DNA of 64,000 nt. Origin: Cenococcum geophilum (lineage: Eukaryota). Under the pieces are notes generated by a model. The model was given only the letters and a program-made list of their open reading frames with translations. It was not told where the DNA came from and ran no database searches. This document shows positions 28,040 through 39,772 of this stretch, piece after piece. The stretch covers positions 17,794,001 to 17,858,000 of the forward strand of contig CP158635.1 in NCBI GenBank assembly GCA_050273025.1, written 5' to 3'. The translations under genes and the position numbers were made by a program. Position 1 is the stretch's first letter; every line of letters begins with the position of its first letter.

Positions 28040-29100
28040 ATCAATCTTCCCTTACACTAAAAGCCTTAACAGTTATACCCACTATATTAGAAATGTCCTC
28101 TCGCGCTCTCGCTCTTGCTACTAACCTTATCTATACTCTAAAGAAGAAAGGCTTTAAAGCTATAGTTAAAGCTTTTAGGGTACTCTACCTAAGAGAACCA
28201 CTCCCGCCGAATAAAAGCTTTTAGCTCTCTAAAAAACTCCTTAATTGGATTTAGATTAGGTAAGTACATAAGTATATATAAGCTTAACTCTAAACGCGTT
28301 AAAGAGAGCCTGTATCCTCTCTAAGTAATAAAAGCTGGCGTTATCCATAACTACTACTAATCGCTTAGTAGGAAAGCGATTACACCGCGGTAGAAGAGTA
28401 TTTGCTACCCAGAACTTAAAGCCTTTGCCATTTATTAAGCCTTTATATACTAAGGCTGCTAGTACGCCATTAACTATATACGCAGGCAGTATATTAAGCC
28501 TTGTCTCACCCCGATTATATAGCGTATGCAATACTGGTATAACACTAAAGGGAGCCCAGCCGGTTTTCTGTACGCCCGTCTTTGAATCCGCACTAGACTT
28601 ATCTATAAATACTAATTAATCGGCGGTATACTGTGATATAATAGCGAAATATATGTCGCGATCGTAAGAGCTACGCTTAAGGGCTACCTGGCAACACTGC
28701 TTTATGTAAGCTACTCTCTAAGCTCTAGAACGAGAGGATCTAATTAGCTTACCTACTTTCTTATCCAGCTAGCTAAATAAAGCTCTCGAAATATTGTATA
28801 GCGGCTTACTATAACACCAAAGATGTCGTAGATTAACCACTGCAACTCGTCACTAAAGAGAGTTGGCTTTTCCTCTAGCCGCATCAGTATTACTACGATT
28901 ATTTAATTGCTTAGTAAAAACTGGCCACCTTTACTATTTAGAGGCGCCCGAGTTGATCTGAATATCTATAGGTTCCTCCTAATTGCGGTAATTAAGCGAG
29001 TCGTATAACCAGCGGTAGAGGCATACTCCGCTTAAGTTGCTCTAAGTTAAAGAAGATCCTTAATTAGGGCGTGCTGATATGGGCCCATTCGCGGGGCCAT
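28040..29100 (-). pseudogene. Tc1-type (DDE_3) transposase
   Basis: The ATG at 29100 gives MAPRMGPYQH. Motifs are FID(E)S...TG, ILPAY...G (ORF 28256-28531), VVVMDNASF(H) and P(D)LNPI(E)EFF.(E)LKAFIRR. Confidence 0.9.
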
Positions 29101-31098
29101 ATTACGAATAGTATGGGTAGAAACCTTAGGATATTTAACAAAGATCGCGACAGGAAGACCGATCGTAAATAGCTTTAGGTCCGATAGAAGTAAAAGTTCT
29201 TACAGCTAAGCATATGGCTTCGCTACAATTACTATATACAGTTGGTGGCAATTTAGCGAGCTCGCGTGCCGAAGCGAAATAATATTTTTCTAGAGGGGGG
29301 TGGAAGCTGGTCGTGCACATCGCTGTATATAAAGGGCTGTTATAACGTAGTAATAAAAAGATACTTCCTTACGGACAAGCCGTATATATTTAAAGGGCTA
29401 TACTAAAAGTGGTATAGGCAACGATATAACAATAAGTGGGAAGATTTCTATATATAGTTAGACGAAAAAGTTGTCCAAGACCACCTAATTATAGAAAAGG
29501 CTATAAGTTATATTAAAGGAGCCTTAATTATAACGTTAAAAGATCTAAAAGAGTAATTAGAGGACTAGAGAAGCAAGAGGCAAATCTTAGTACCTATAAA
29601 TAAAGTCGTAACGCTTAGATTAATATAAGAAAGGTTTAAATTTAAGGATAAAGATAAGCTAAGAGTTAACCTAAGATACCTAGTATACTATATATTGGCA
29701 TGGATCGTATATATAGATAATATATATAATATATATAGAGCACTAAAAGATAAGAACTAGAAGTACTTAATAAGGATATATTAGGCACCAGACGAGGCGG
29801 AATATAAAAACGCTAAGTATATATATAGTTAGCACCTAGTAGAAGTATAAAGCCTAGGGGACATAATACTTTAGCTAGGAAGATTCCTTATAGAAGAATG
29901 CCTAGACGGATAATAGTAGTAGGAATGCCCAGAAAATACGTGTCTATAGTATATTAAAGATAAAAAGCGAACTAAGTATTGGCTAAAAGTGGACTAAGTA
30001 TAAATAGGATTAAGCAGCTAATAGTTAGGAAAAGTAGAGGCCTATAGAACTAGAGGAAACTAGTAGTAGAGCCTTAGACCCTTAAAGGAATTTAAGGATA
30101 ATACCTAAACCTATAAGTTAAGTGGTAAGATTAATAGTTTAAAACGCTAATAGATAGTGGAGTAATAAGGAACTATATATTACTAGTAGCAGTTAAAAGA
30201 ATAGGATTACTATATAGGAAAAAGGAATACTTTTACCTATTAGTGATAATTTTAGGGGATCCGATAGCTTATAGAGGAGGCATTATTAACCTTAAAATAG
30301 GACCTATTTAATTAACTATTAAAGGGAGATAAATTAAGATGTCTTTTGATATATTACCATTAGGGAATAATAAGGTAGTATTAGAAATGCCTTAGTTATA
30401 GGAATATAATCTAAAAATTAATTAGGTTATAGGTTAAGTTAATATTAAGAATACTTAATAGCGTAAGATATAATAATAAGCTAAGTTAGTATAGTACTAA
30501 GTAGGAGCGACCTATAAGGAAACGGAAAAGGGACTAAGCTACATACTAAAGAGATACCATAAGTATGGTAAAAAACTATAGTCACTAAAAAGTGAAAAGC
30601 TGTTAGAGTATATAGCATAGGACTATAAGATAGAATTAAAACTAGAAATAAGTCTAAGGTTCTTTCTAATCTATAAGCTTACCAAAGAAGAAGGTAGAGT
30701 ATTAAAAGAGTTTATCTAGGAAAACCTATAAAAGGGATATATTAAACCATTATAGTTATTAGCGGGTTATCCAGTACTGTTTATATTAAAGAAAAATGGC
30801 AAACTAAGGCTATATATTGACTATAGATAGTTAAACAGTATTACTTAGAAGGATAGGTATTCTTTACCCTTAATTAGCGAGATTTAAGATAGGATAGGTA
30901 ACGCGTAAATCTTTATAAAGATAGATCTAAGATAGGCGTACTATTAGATTAGAATTAAGGAAGGTAATAAATAGAAGGCAGCCTTTAGGTTAAAGGAAGG
31001 ACTATATAAACTATTAGTTATGCAATTTAGGCTTATAAACGCACTAGTAACGTTTTAGAAGCGTATTAACAATATATTAGGAGAACACTTAGATAAAT

Positions 31099-32862
31099 TT
31101 ACCTCAGAAGCTTAGACTAAGAAATCGATTGTGCGGATATAGGAATATCCGCACCGTCCGCTAAGCTGATTTAGGACGGCAATCGTTTTCTTGGTCTAAG
31201 GGACTTTGGCGAGATTTATGGAAAACCTAAATACCGTTTATATAAGAAGACCTTATTAACTTTAACGAAATTAATCTACCCTCCTACAATACCTATTAAT
31301 ATAAAAATTACACCAAATTATAGAGAAAAGCCTACTCTATAAGTTATGAGATCTTTAGCTCCTTATACACGTGCGACGTTAAGAGGAATTTGTCGCCGTA
31401 GAGGCTCTAATTTCACTGCACTACCGACCCACGTAGTAAACACGCTTACGCCTACGCCGCCAGCCCTCTTCGCAACCAGTAGGTATTCCATCTGCTATAT
31501 ACGTATTTAATTTATTTACTTTATAGCCCTTTATAGGTTATAGTGTAGGCCCTAATAGAGTTATAAGCTCTGCATCTATGTAGAGCTATACACCCTCCTG
31601 TTAACTCCGGTGGTTAGCGCAGCTACGTCTGCACGGCCTTACTTTCCCTTAAACAGCAAAAATACCAAAACTTCCCCTACAAAAAAGCCGTGCAGACGTG
31701 GCTGCGCTAACCACTGGAGTTAACAGGAGGGTGTAGAGCTTTGCGAGAGCTCTGCAGAACGAAGCTTAGGGGGAGACCTGCACGGAGACCTGCACGGAGC
31801 TTTGCACGGAGCTCTACTAAAGCTCTGCAAAAGCTCTGCACGAAGCTCCGTACGAAGCTCTGTAAAAGCTCTACTCGAAGCTCTGCTCGAAACTCTATTC
31901 GAGGCTCTGCTCGAAGCTCTACTCGAGGCTCTGCTCGAAGCCCTATATAGAGCTCCAAAGCTCTACTAACACGCAGCACTAATATACTAGGAAGGTTCTA
32001 CAATCGCCCGTATGAACGCCCGTATGAACGCCTATACAATCAATCGATCAATTGCCCATACAATCGTCTCTACAAACGTCTCTGCAATTGATCGCCCGTA
32101 CGAACGTCTGCACGTCTGCACGTCTGCACGTCTGCACATCTACACGTCTGCACGCCTGCACGTCTACACGTCTGCACGCCTGCACGTCTACACGTCTGCA
32201 CGCCTGCACGTGGCTCTGCATCAAGCTCTGCACGAAGCTCTGCACGAAGCTCTGCACGAAGCTCTACTAAGGCTCTGCACGAGGCTCTGTACTAAGCTCT
32301 GCACGAAGCTCTACTAAGGCTCTGCGCGAGGCTCTGCACTAGGCTCTGCACGAAGCTCTGCTAAGGCTCTGCACGAGGCTCTGCCCAAAGCTCACCCCTA
32401 GTAGCAGCAGAGGCACTCCGGGCCAAGGGAGGATGTTTTTAAGAAAGGACCCAACTACAGCACCTACTAGGTGTTGCAATGGCTTTAAGTAGTAGATATC
32501 TATATATCTATATAGTTTTATCAATATTAGCAGATTATTTAATAAGAATAATACATTCTTAGGTTTTTAATAATGCGTTTTTTAACTTTAACGAAATTAA
32601 TGTTAGGACTAAGCAATAGTCGTATTATAAAATTCATACCATTTAGAAGCCCTAAGTCTTAAAAATAATGTATAAACTTTTGGTAATAATAACGCGTTAT
32701 ATAAATAAATAAATTAGATATCCGCAATCTCCGTTTTGCGGATTTTATTTAGGATTTTAACAAAACTCGCCAAACGCCCTTAGACGTGATTTTGCAATTC
32801 GGAAGACGGCGTAGGTTATTCCGACGCTAGCTAAAAAATCACGTCTAAGCCCGCTGAGGTAA
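31099..32862. mobile_element. Non-autonomous TIR element with a 9-bp TSD (Mutator- or AcademH-like), inserted in Gypsy A RT
   Basis: TSD TAGATAAAT (31090-31098, 32863-32871). The ends TTACCTCAG..GCTTAGAC are inverted, as is an inner GTCTAAGGG..TTTGGCGAG block. No transposase is seen. Confidence 0.85.
31740..32390. repeat. 12-bp (GAAGCTCTGCAC)n arrays (31740-31965, 32210-32390) flanking an 8-bp (CACGTCTG)n array (32105-32210)
   Basis: Directly visible periodicity. Confidence 0.92.
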
Positions 32863-33870
32863 TAGATAAATTTATTATGGCATATCTTAATAATAATATT
32901 ATCTACTTAATAACTAAGAAAGAGTATGGGGAACACATTAAATAGGTTTTAAAGAGACTATAAGAAGAACAGGTGCTAGTAGTAATTAAAAAAATACAAG
33001 TTCTTTACTAGGAAGACCGATTTTATTAGATTTATTATTAAACTAAGCTAACTTAGTATAGATCTAAAAAAGATTAAGGCTATAGTAAATTGGCAAGAAC
33101 TAAAGAACGTTATATAGTTAAGATTATTTCTAGGGTTTTATAATTACTATAAACGGTTTATAGCGCAATAGTTAAAGAATATTAAACCATTTACGTAATT
33201 AACGAAGAAAGAAGAACTATAGGCATAGGGAAAGGAACAAAAAGAATTATTTAAAAAGGTTAAAGAATTATTTACCCAGGAGCTAGTTCTTAAAATCTAT
33301 TAACTAGGACTAGAAACGGTTATAGAAATAGATATATTAGACTATATACTAGGGGCGTACTTTATGCAAAAATATTAAGATAGATGGCACTTAGTAGTAT
33401 ACTATAGTTAGAAGATAATACCACTAGAGCTAAACTATAACATCTATAATAAGGAGTTATTAGGTGTAGTTATAGCATTAAAGGAATAGAGAGCATTCTT
33501 ATAAGGTATAGAGAAACTATTTATAGTTAAAATAGATTATAAGAACCTAATAGGATTTCTAATAATAAAGAAACTTAACTAAAGATAGGTTAAATGGGTA
33601 GAGATACTTATAGAATACGATTTTAAGATTTAGTATACTAAGGGTATAAATAATACGCGAGCAGACGCTTTAAGTTAAAAGGCTAAACTATAAAATAATA
33701 AGAAGCCATTAGGGGCTTTACTATAAAAAGATATAGACGGATTAATTAGGTATAATTATCCAAAAATTATAGCAACTTAAGAGGAGTTAGAAAGAGTTTA
33801 TAAGTTATTAGAAAGCTTTTAGGCGTAAAGAATTCTAAAAGTATAGCTAGAAGATCTATAGGTAGATATA

Positions 33871-34508
33871 CGAAGGCGCGCGGCATTGAATTTGACCCAT
33901 ATTTTGCCGAGTACTTTATCAGCGAGATTTTTTCTTAGCAAACCCCACCAAGACAATTAGTGAGACAGCACTTATGGCTCTACCACCTACAATACGTGCA
34001 TTCTGCAAAGGCTGCTCGACGAGCTGGAATCAATGTAAACACAGCTAAAAAGATCAAAGCACGCGTCGGTGCCTTCCTGGTAGAGTGCGAAGAAGCTAGT
34101 CTCCCCACTCCTACGATCGAAGAGCAAGTTATTGGGAAGCCTGGATTAGGTGCGAAGCCTTAAACCTCAGTTTAAAAGATTACCGACTTACTTAAAAGTT
34201 GTACGTTAAATAAGAAACAATGGAAGAAGCTTTGGCACGTCGTCGCAAAGGAGGATGGATTCTTCGACTACCACCGCCGCACGATTGAGAAGAAGCTCCG
34301 CGAGAGAGGCCTTCGCGGAGCTAAAGCACGAAGAAGTTGGGTCTATTAATACCCTTATCATAGAACACGAAGGTAGAAATAATTTTCACGGTAGTACTTA
34401 GATTTTGGTGGGGTTGAATCGCGATTTAAGGTATCTCCTCGTGATGCACATTTCTACTTTGGTGAGGCTCGCTTAAATATGGGTCAAATTCAATGCCGCG
34501 CGCCTTCG
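33871..34508 (+). mobile_element. 638-bp internally deleted Tc1/mariner element, lightly RIP-affected
   Basis: It has perfect 34-bp TIRs CGAAGGCGCGCGGCATTGAATTTGACCCATATTT and a TA TSD. It retains only an HTH-like N-terminal transposase fragment (SAKAARRAGINVNTAKKIK...KPGLGAKP). Confidence 0.9.
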
Positions 34509-35899
34509 TATATAAAAACTAAGAAGCGAAGTATATTCTAAGAAGCATAGCAGAATACTTTATAGAAGATTTCTATAAGGGATTAACTTAAGAACATAAT
34601 AGAGCCATAGGCTTAGTATTAAGACTCTAAAAGGAGTATATTATTAATAGAATTTAAGGCTTAGCGCAAAAAGTTATAAAGAAGTATCTAGATTACTAAA
34701 GAGATAAACTAATAAGGCATAAGCTATATAGAGGGCTGTAACCTATTAAAATACCAGAGAGACTATGGGAGGTTATATTATAGGACTTTATTATTAAGTT
34801 ACTAAAGTTAAAAGACCCTATTACCGGATAAGATTATAACGTAATCTTAGTAATAGTAGACAAGCTTATAAGTGGGGATACTTTATAGTGTGCATAGAAG
34901 GGATATTAGCAGAAGATATCGCTAGAATCTATATTAAGGAAGTGTTTATAAGATATAAAGCATTAAGTAAAATTATATTAGACAGAGATTTAAGATTTAT
35001 AGTAGTATTTTAGGAGGTATTTTTAGCGGAATAAGGAGTTAGAGCAGTAACTTTTACCGTATATTATCCGCAGATAGACGGTTAAACGGAAAAATTAAAT
35101 TAGATACTAGAACAGTATCTAAGATATTATATTAATTACGTACAGAATAATTAGGTATTATTATTACTAGTTATATAGTTTATATATAATATAATACCAT
35201 AAAAAGAAATAGGCATATTACTATTTAAGGCAAATTATAGATATAAGCCAAAAACATTATTATCACTATAGTAAGTGAAAAAGATAAGTAGTATAGCCAA
35301 AGAAAGGATAAAGATATTAATAAATCTTTATATAGACCTTATAGAATTAGTAAAAGTAGTATAGTAAAGAATAAAAAGGTATTATAACGCTAGGAGATCT
35401 AAGGGACTAGATCTTAAGGAGGGAGATAAAGTGTGGCTACTATATAAAAATTTTAAGAGTTAATAACTAAGTAAGAAGTTAGACTATGTTAAACTAGGAC
35501 CTTTTAAAATTAAGTAAAGGATTTTACCGGTTATATTTAAATTAAATTTACTAGCTAAGATGAAAATCTACCCTATATAGTATATTGTAATGCTAGAGCT
35601 AGTATATAGGAATATTAAGCCACTAGTTTACGAAGTAGATATATATAGAGGATAAGAAGAGGATAAATAGTAAGTTTTAAAGATTATTAGTTATAAGGAT
35701 ATTAATAATAAAATATAGTATAAAGTAAAGTAGATAGGCTATAATAAGACTACTTAAGAGCTACTAGAAAACCTAAAAAAACGCTATAGGAAAGGTACAG
35801 GAGTATTAGAAGAGATTAGGTCAGGTAGTATTAATAAAAAAGGATCGCTAAAAAATAAGTTACCTAAGGGGGACCTAAGAAGAGTAGTTACTAAGCTAC

Positions 35900-36452
35900 T
35901 TAGATTTATTTTCTTCTTAGCCAGAAGAGAATCTGTTCTTTTATTACTTAGTTCCTATAAACCCTATTCTATAAGCTTTTACTCCTTAAAATAGACCTTT
36001 TTACAACCCTTCTTAAGATAGATTAGCCGAGCAAACGCCGTAAGACGAGATTTAAGGGCCCGTGCTAAGTATTAGCAGCCTTCTGTTTAGCATTATAAGA
36101 ACGGCGTAACTCCGCCAAAGTAATAGACAGTTTATTATCTAGCTATATAGTAGTAGATTAAATACAAAACCCTAAGACAAATTAATTAGGGAACTAGACG
36201 GCTATTATAAGTAATAAAACACGCATATTTAGCATTAAAGGTAGAGTAAATATTACAGGATAAATAAATATTTGCTTTAGTACACTTTAAGTAAAAGGAT
36301 AGTTGCCAGGATAGACTCGCCAACGCAATATAAACTAACCCCTTTTTTACGCAGCAAGAATATAGAGACGGTATAATCTTACTAAGAGATAATATTGTAG
36401 CAACGGTGCGAGCACAACGCTAGGCGTATAAAGAAGAAGAAACTTTAGGCAT
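35900..36452 (-). pseudogene. Antisense Zn(II)2Cys6-like accessory ORF of Gypsy A
   Basis: The ATG at 36452 gives MPKVSSS. RIP reversal gives C-x2-C-x6-C-x12-C-x2-C-x8-C, followed by a helical tail. Confidence 0.65.
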
Positions 36453-37056
36453 AATAAGTAACAATATTAACTAAATTAATTAGACGGATATTACACCTCT
36501 AGTAAACGACTTAGAGATATTAGGAATCTTTAAAGACAAAGATAAAGAGAAGGGAGATGGTATTACGGACGCTTTAAGTACAATATTATAACTACTAGGA
36601 GAGAAGTTAGAAGAAGCTAGTTAGTTAATATAGGCACAATCTAAAATAGAGCCGATAGAGCTATATAATAAGGAATAGTAACTAAGGTTATATAATATGC
36701 TATGCATTAAACAGAAGGAATAAGAGGAACTTACGTACCTTATATATAAGACGTATATTATATATAAAAAGGATTTTATAGAAGTACAGTTATATATTTA
36801 AGGACCCTTAATCCCTACCTAGATAGTTCCTTCCTTATAGTAGTTCTTAGAATATAATTAGAGTTAATCTATTAGGCAACTACTCCACTAGTTATTATTA
36901 CGTTATTAACTTTAATTTACATCACCTATGCACCTAGCCTAATAACGAGCCTATTGTAGTACTTACTACAAGGTTCCGTTACACTTTCCCTAGCTTTAAA
37001 TTCTCGTTTATAGACAATCTAATTATATAGGCTTGCGCGTCCCTTATACTATACTC

Positions 37057-37115
37057 ATGCCTCAATTAACTAAGTCGCTAACAGCCTATAAGTTTCCTTC
37101 TATTACTGCTACTGC
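37057..37115 (+). pseudogene. N-terminal fragment of a Fot1/pogo transposase (continues at 62640)
   Basis: MPQLTKSLTAYKFPSITATA joins in frame to MRYFHAKYNRVKNRVNG once Gypsy C and one 4-bp TSD copy are removed. Confidence 0.7.
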
Positions 37116-37809
37116 TGTAGTAGTGTGATTTGGCCCTAGGATTTAATATTTAGATTAGGCATAGCTTTAGGAGAGCCTAGGCCTTCTATAAGTTATATAG
37201 ATCGGTTTAAAGCCTTTAGAGTCTTTAATAACTTAGGTAACACCAATAGATATACAATTTTCCTATAATACACTCTTTTCTTTCTCTTCTTACTGCTTAA
37301 TTCTAACTAATAGTGACCGACTAATAGACTAACCGACCGACTGATAGATAGCACTAAGACTTTCCTATCTTAGAGAGGTCGTACCCTTCTATATATTTTA
37401 TGGCATTCCATATAGAGACGACGGTAAGCTCTTTAGATTAAAAGTCTAGTGCTCTATATACAGGAGACGTATAGGAACAATCTGGAACTATAATAAAACG
37501 ACCGAGATAAAAAAGTATAGATATATTAGCGACCTATACGTAGCTACCGCCACAAAGAATAAACCGACAACACTTGCTAAGCTCTCTATACGGGAATAGT
37601 AGTCGGCAAGTAGCGATAAGAAGGCGAGTACGGAGCATAGTAAGACGAAGGATAAAAGGAAGGACTATGGTACACCAGGAACAGTAAAGAAAAGTCTTTT
37701 ATATTTTATTTACTATATTTGCAACGGTCTATACTATTATTCTCGCATTTATTAGAGCTACCTTTAAATTTATAACAATAGCGACAGTACCAGCAAAGGG
37801 ATTGTTAGG

Positions 37810-39238
37810 AATGTTAGGCCTATTTTATAATAACGGTAAAAGTGCTAGAAAGGGAAAGGAAAGTAAGCAGCCTATTAAACCGCGAAGCTCTCCTAAACTA
37901 GGGCATGCGATACTAACCCTAACTTCCGCAACGTTAGGGACCGACAACCCTTAATAAATAGAGGATAAGGGTTACGAGGTCCACCTACCTATTCCTAAAG
38001 AAACTATAGGTCCGCTACCTTTTATTAGACTACTAATAGAATAAGATAAGGTGTATATTATAGCCTAGCCTATACCGGCTCTAGGAATCCCTAGGACCCC
38101 TTACTTTACGGGATAAAATATATCGCAATTTATTAAATAGTATAAGCGGCTATATATCTAGCACCGTGTTACAGATAATAAAAAGTATTAAGGACTTCTA
38201 GAGTATTATAACTATTAGATAGGGATATAGATCTAAAGTCTGCCTAAGTTTACTATTAGTAACTAAATAGAACTTATAGGAAAGCTTAGGACAAACTACT
38301 AAGGAAGTAACTACTTTTAATAAGTTGAAACGGTAGAATTCTTAGAAGCTTATATACTATAGTATAGGAATAATCCACCTAGCAGTATACGCGAATACTA
38401 TAGGCAGTTTACGTTAATCTCCTAAAAGGTTACTAAGGCTAGTAATTTAGAAAACCGCGAATAAGGGTACTAGTTTATAAGAGGACTCCTATTTAAATAC
38501 TAAAGATATATAATAACTAAAACAGGAGCCGACCCCAATAGGCGAGAGTCTTTTAACTTCTACCTGCTAAGGAGAGCTGTAGAAGATAGGCTTAATTCGC
38601 ATAAAGGCGCCAATTAATTATTAATAATAAATCCTAAGGAATAAGGCCTTTATTAGCTAGTTAGACAATTCCGTAATTAGCAACCAGCTATAATAAACTA
38701 AAGAAATACTACTTTTTAACTACCTATAGTCTTTTAGCTAAGTAAGTCGGTAAATACCCGTTAAACGACTTAGGAAATAGACCCTAAACTAGAGAAACTT
38801 ACTAATTAACTCCGGAAGCTTAATCTTGGGATAGTTAAATTAGTAGGCGTTATATCTTTAATGCTATTCTTAGATAGGATTCGCTAAGATCTAATACGGT
38901 ATATACAGCTCCTAAATAGGGCGTTAATATATTAAGAATAAATAGACCTATAACCGGCATTAGGTAATAATAGACCGCAGCCGCCCTATAAGGGAGCGCT
39001 ATAAGAACGATATAAGCTAGGCCTAGGAAAGTATAGAGGGCTAGGAAACTTTAGCGTATACTAAATATAAAATTAGACGTATTATAGATGCGGGGGTGCC
39101 TATTATTTTATTAATTAGTATCCAGAGCTTTAAGAGTTAGTTTATTATAGTTTTCTATATATAAACGAAAATAACCAAATATACGCTAAAATATATAAGC
39201 GCCTAGGAAATATAATTCTATATTTACCGAGCGATAAT
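37810..39238 (+). pseudogene. Gypsy C gag (5' part)
   Basis: It reads PGTP.F.G.N.SQF and has a reconstructed CCHC knuckle (C.GCGGA.HFINQC) at ~39080-39123. Confidence 0.75.
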
Positions 39239-39772
39239 TATAACAGAACCTTGTAGCAGGAACTACAATGGGCTTCGTTAATAGGCTAGGTGTATAGGAA
39301 ATGCAAAGACAATAGTTAACAACGTAATAATAACTAGTGGAGTGGTTGCCTAATAAATTAACTCTAATTATATTCTAAGAATTACTATAAGGAAGGAACT
39401 ATCTAGGTAGGGACTAAGGGTCCTTAAATACACAACCGTACTCCTATAAAATCCTTTTTATATATAATATATATCTTATATATAAGGTATATAAGTTCCT
39501 CTTATTCCTCTTATTTAATACGTAGCATATTATATAACCTTAGCTACTATTTCTCGCTATATAGTTCTATTAGCTCTATCCTAGACTATACCTAAATTAA
39601 CTAACTAGCTTCTTCCGACTCCTCTTTACGTAGTTATAATATTATACTTAAAGCGTCCGTAATACTATTTCCCTCCTTTTTATCTTCGTTTTTAAAGATT
39701 CTAACTATCTCTAAGTTGTTTACTAGAGGTGTGGTATCTATCTAATTAATTTAGTTAATATTATTGCTTATT

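Larger units (their letters stand above)
25843..29325 (-). mobile_element. Tc1/mariner (DD34E-type) DNA transposon with ~107-bp TIRs and a second ORF
   Basis: TIRs CAGCGATGTGCACGACC... at 25843-25949 and 29219-29325 differ at one position. The TSD is TA, and the site is empty in Gypsy B (~44475). Confidence 0.95.
22750..35850 (+). pseudogene. Gypsy A gag-pol (interrupted, RIP-degenerated)
   Basis: A CCHC knuckle lies near 24710 and protease A.IDSG...NY near 30150. RT reads KLRL.IDYR, MQF(G)L.NA and YL(DD)I.I. RNase H reads NY.I..KELL, integrase YPQ.DG(Q)TE, and the chromodomain lies at ~35660-35810. Confidence 0.9.
22283..36983 (+). mobile_element. Gypsy A (chromovirus), full length, carrying four nested insertions
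   Basis: It has 423-bp LTRs at 22283-22705 and 36561-36983, TSD CTTTC, and a purine tract (GAGAAGGGAGATGG) before the 3' LTR. The order is gag, PR, RT, RH, IN, chromodomain. Confidence 0.96.
20092..37053 (+). repeat. 3' LTR of Gypsy D (~240 bp) in three pieces: 20092-20247, 22262-22282, 36989-37053
   Basis: It follows the PPT, and the ends TATAGCAC / ATACTATA are RIP forms of TGTAGCAC...GTGCTACA. The pieces rejoin once the Tigger-like element and Gypsy A are removed. The partner LTR is not in the window. Confidence 0.6.

Noticed and set aside
31707..32524. Short ORFs over the 12-bp and 8-bp arrays (also 59443-59766 and 23511-23792)
   Set aside because: They are open only because the GC-rich tandem units lack stop codons.
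37912..37923. Telomere-like CTAACCCTAAC (also TTAGGGTTAG near 2240)
   Set aside because: Fewer than two full units, lying within TE sequence; expected by chance in RIP-biased DNA.
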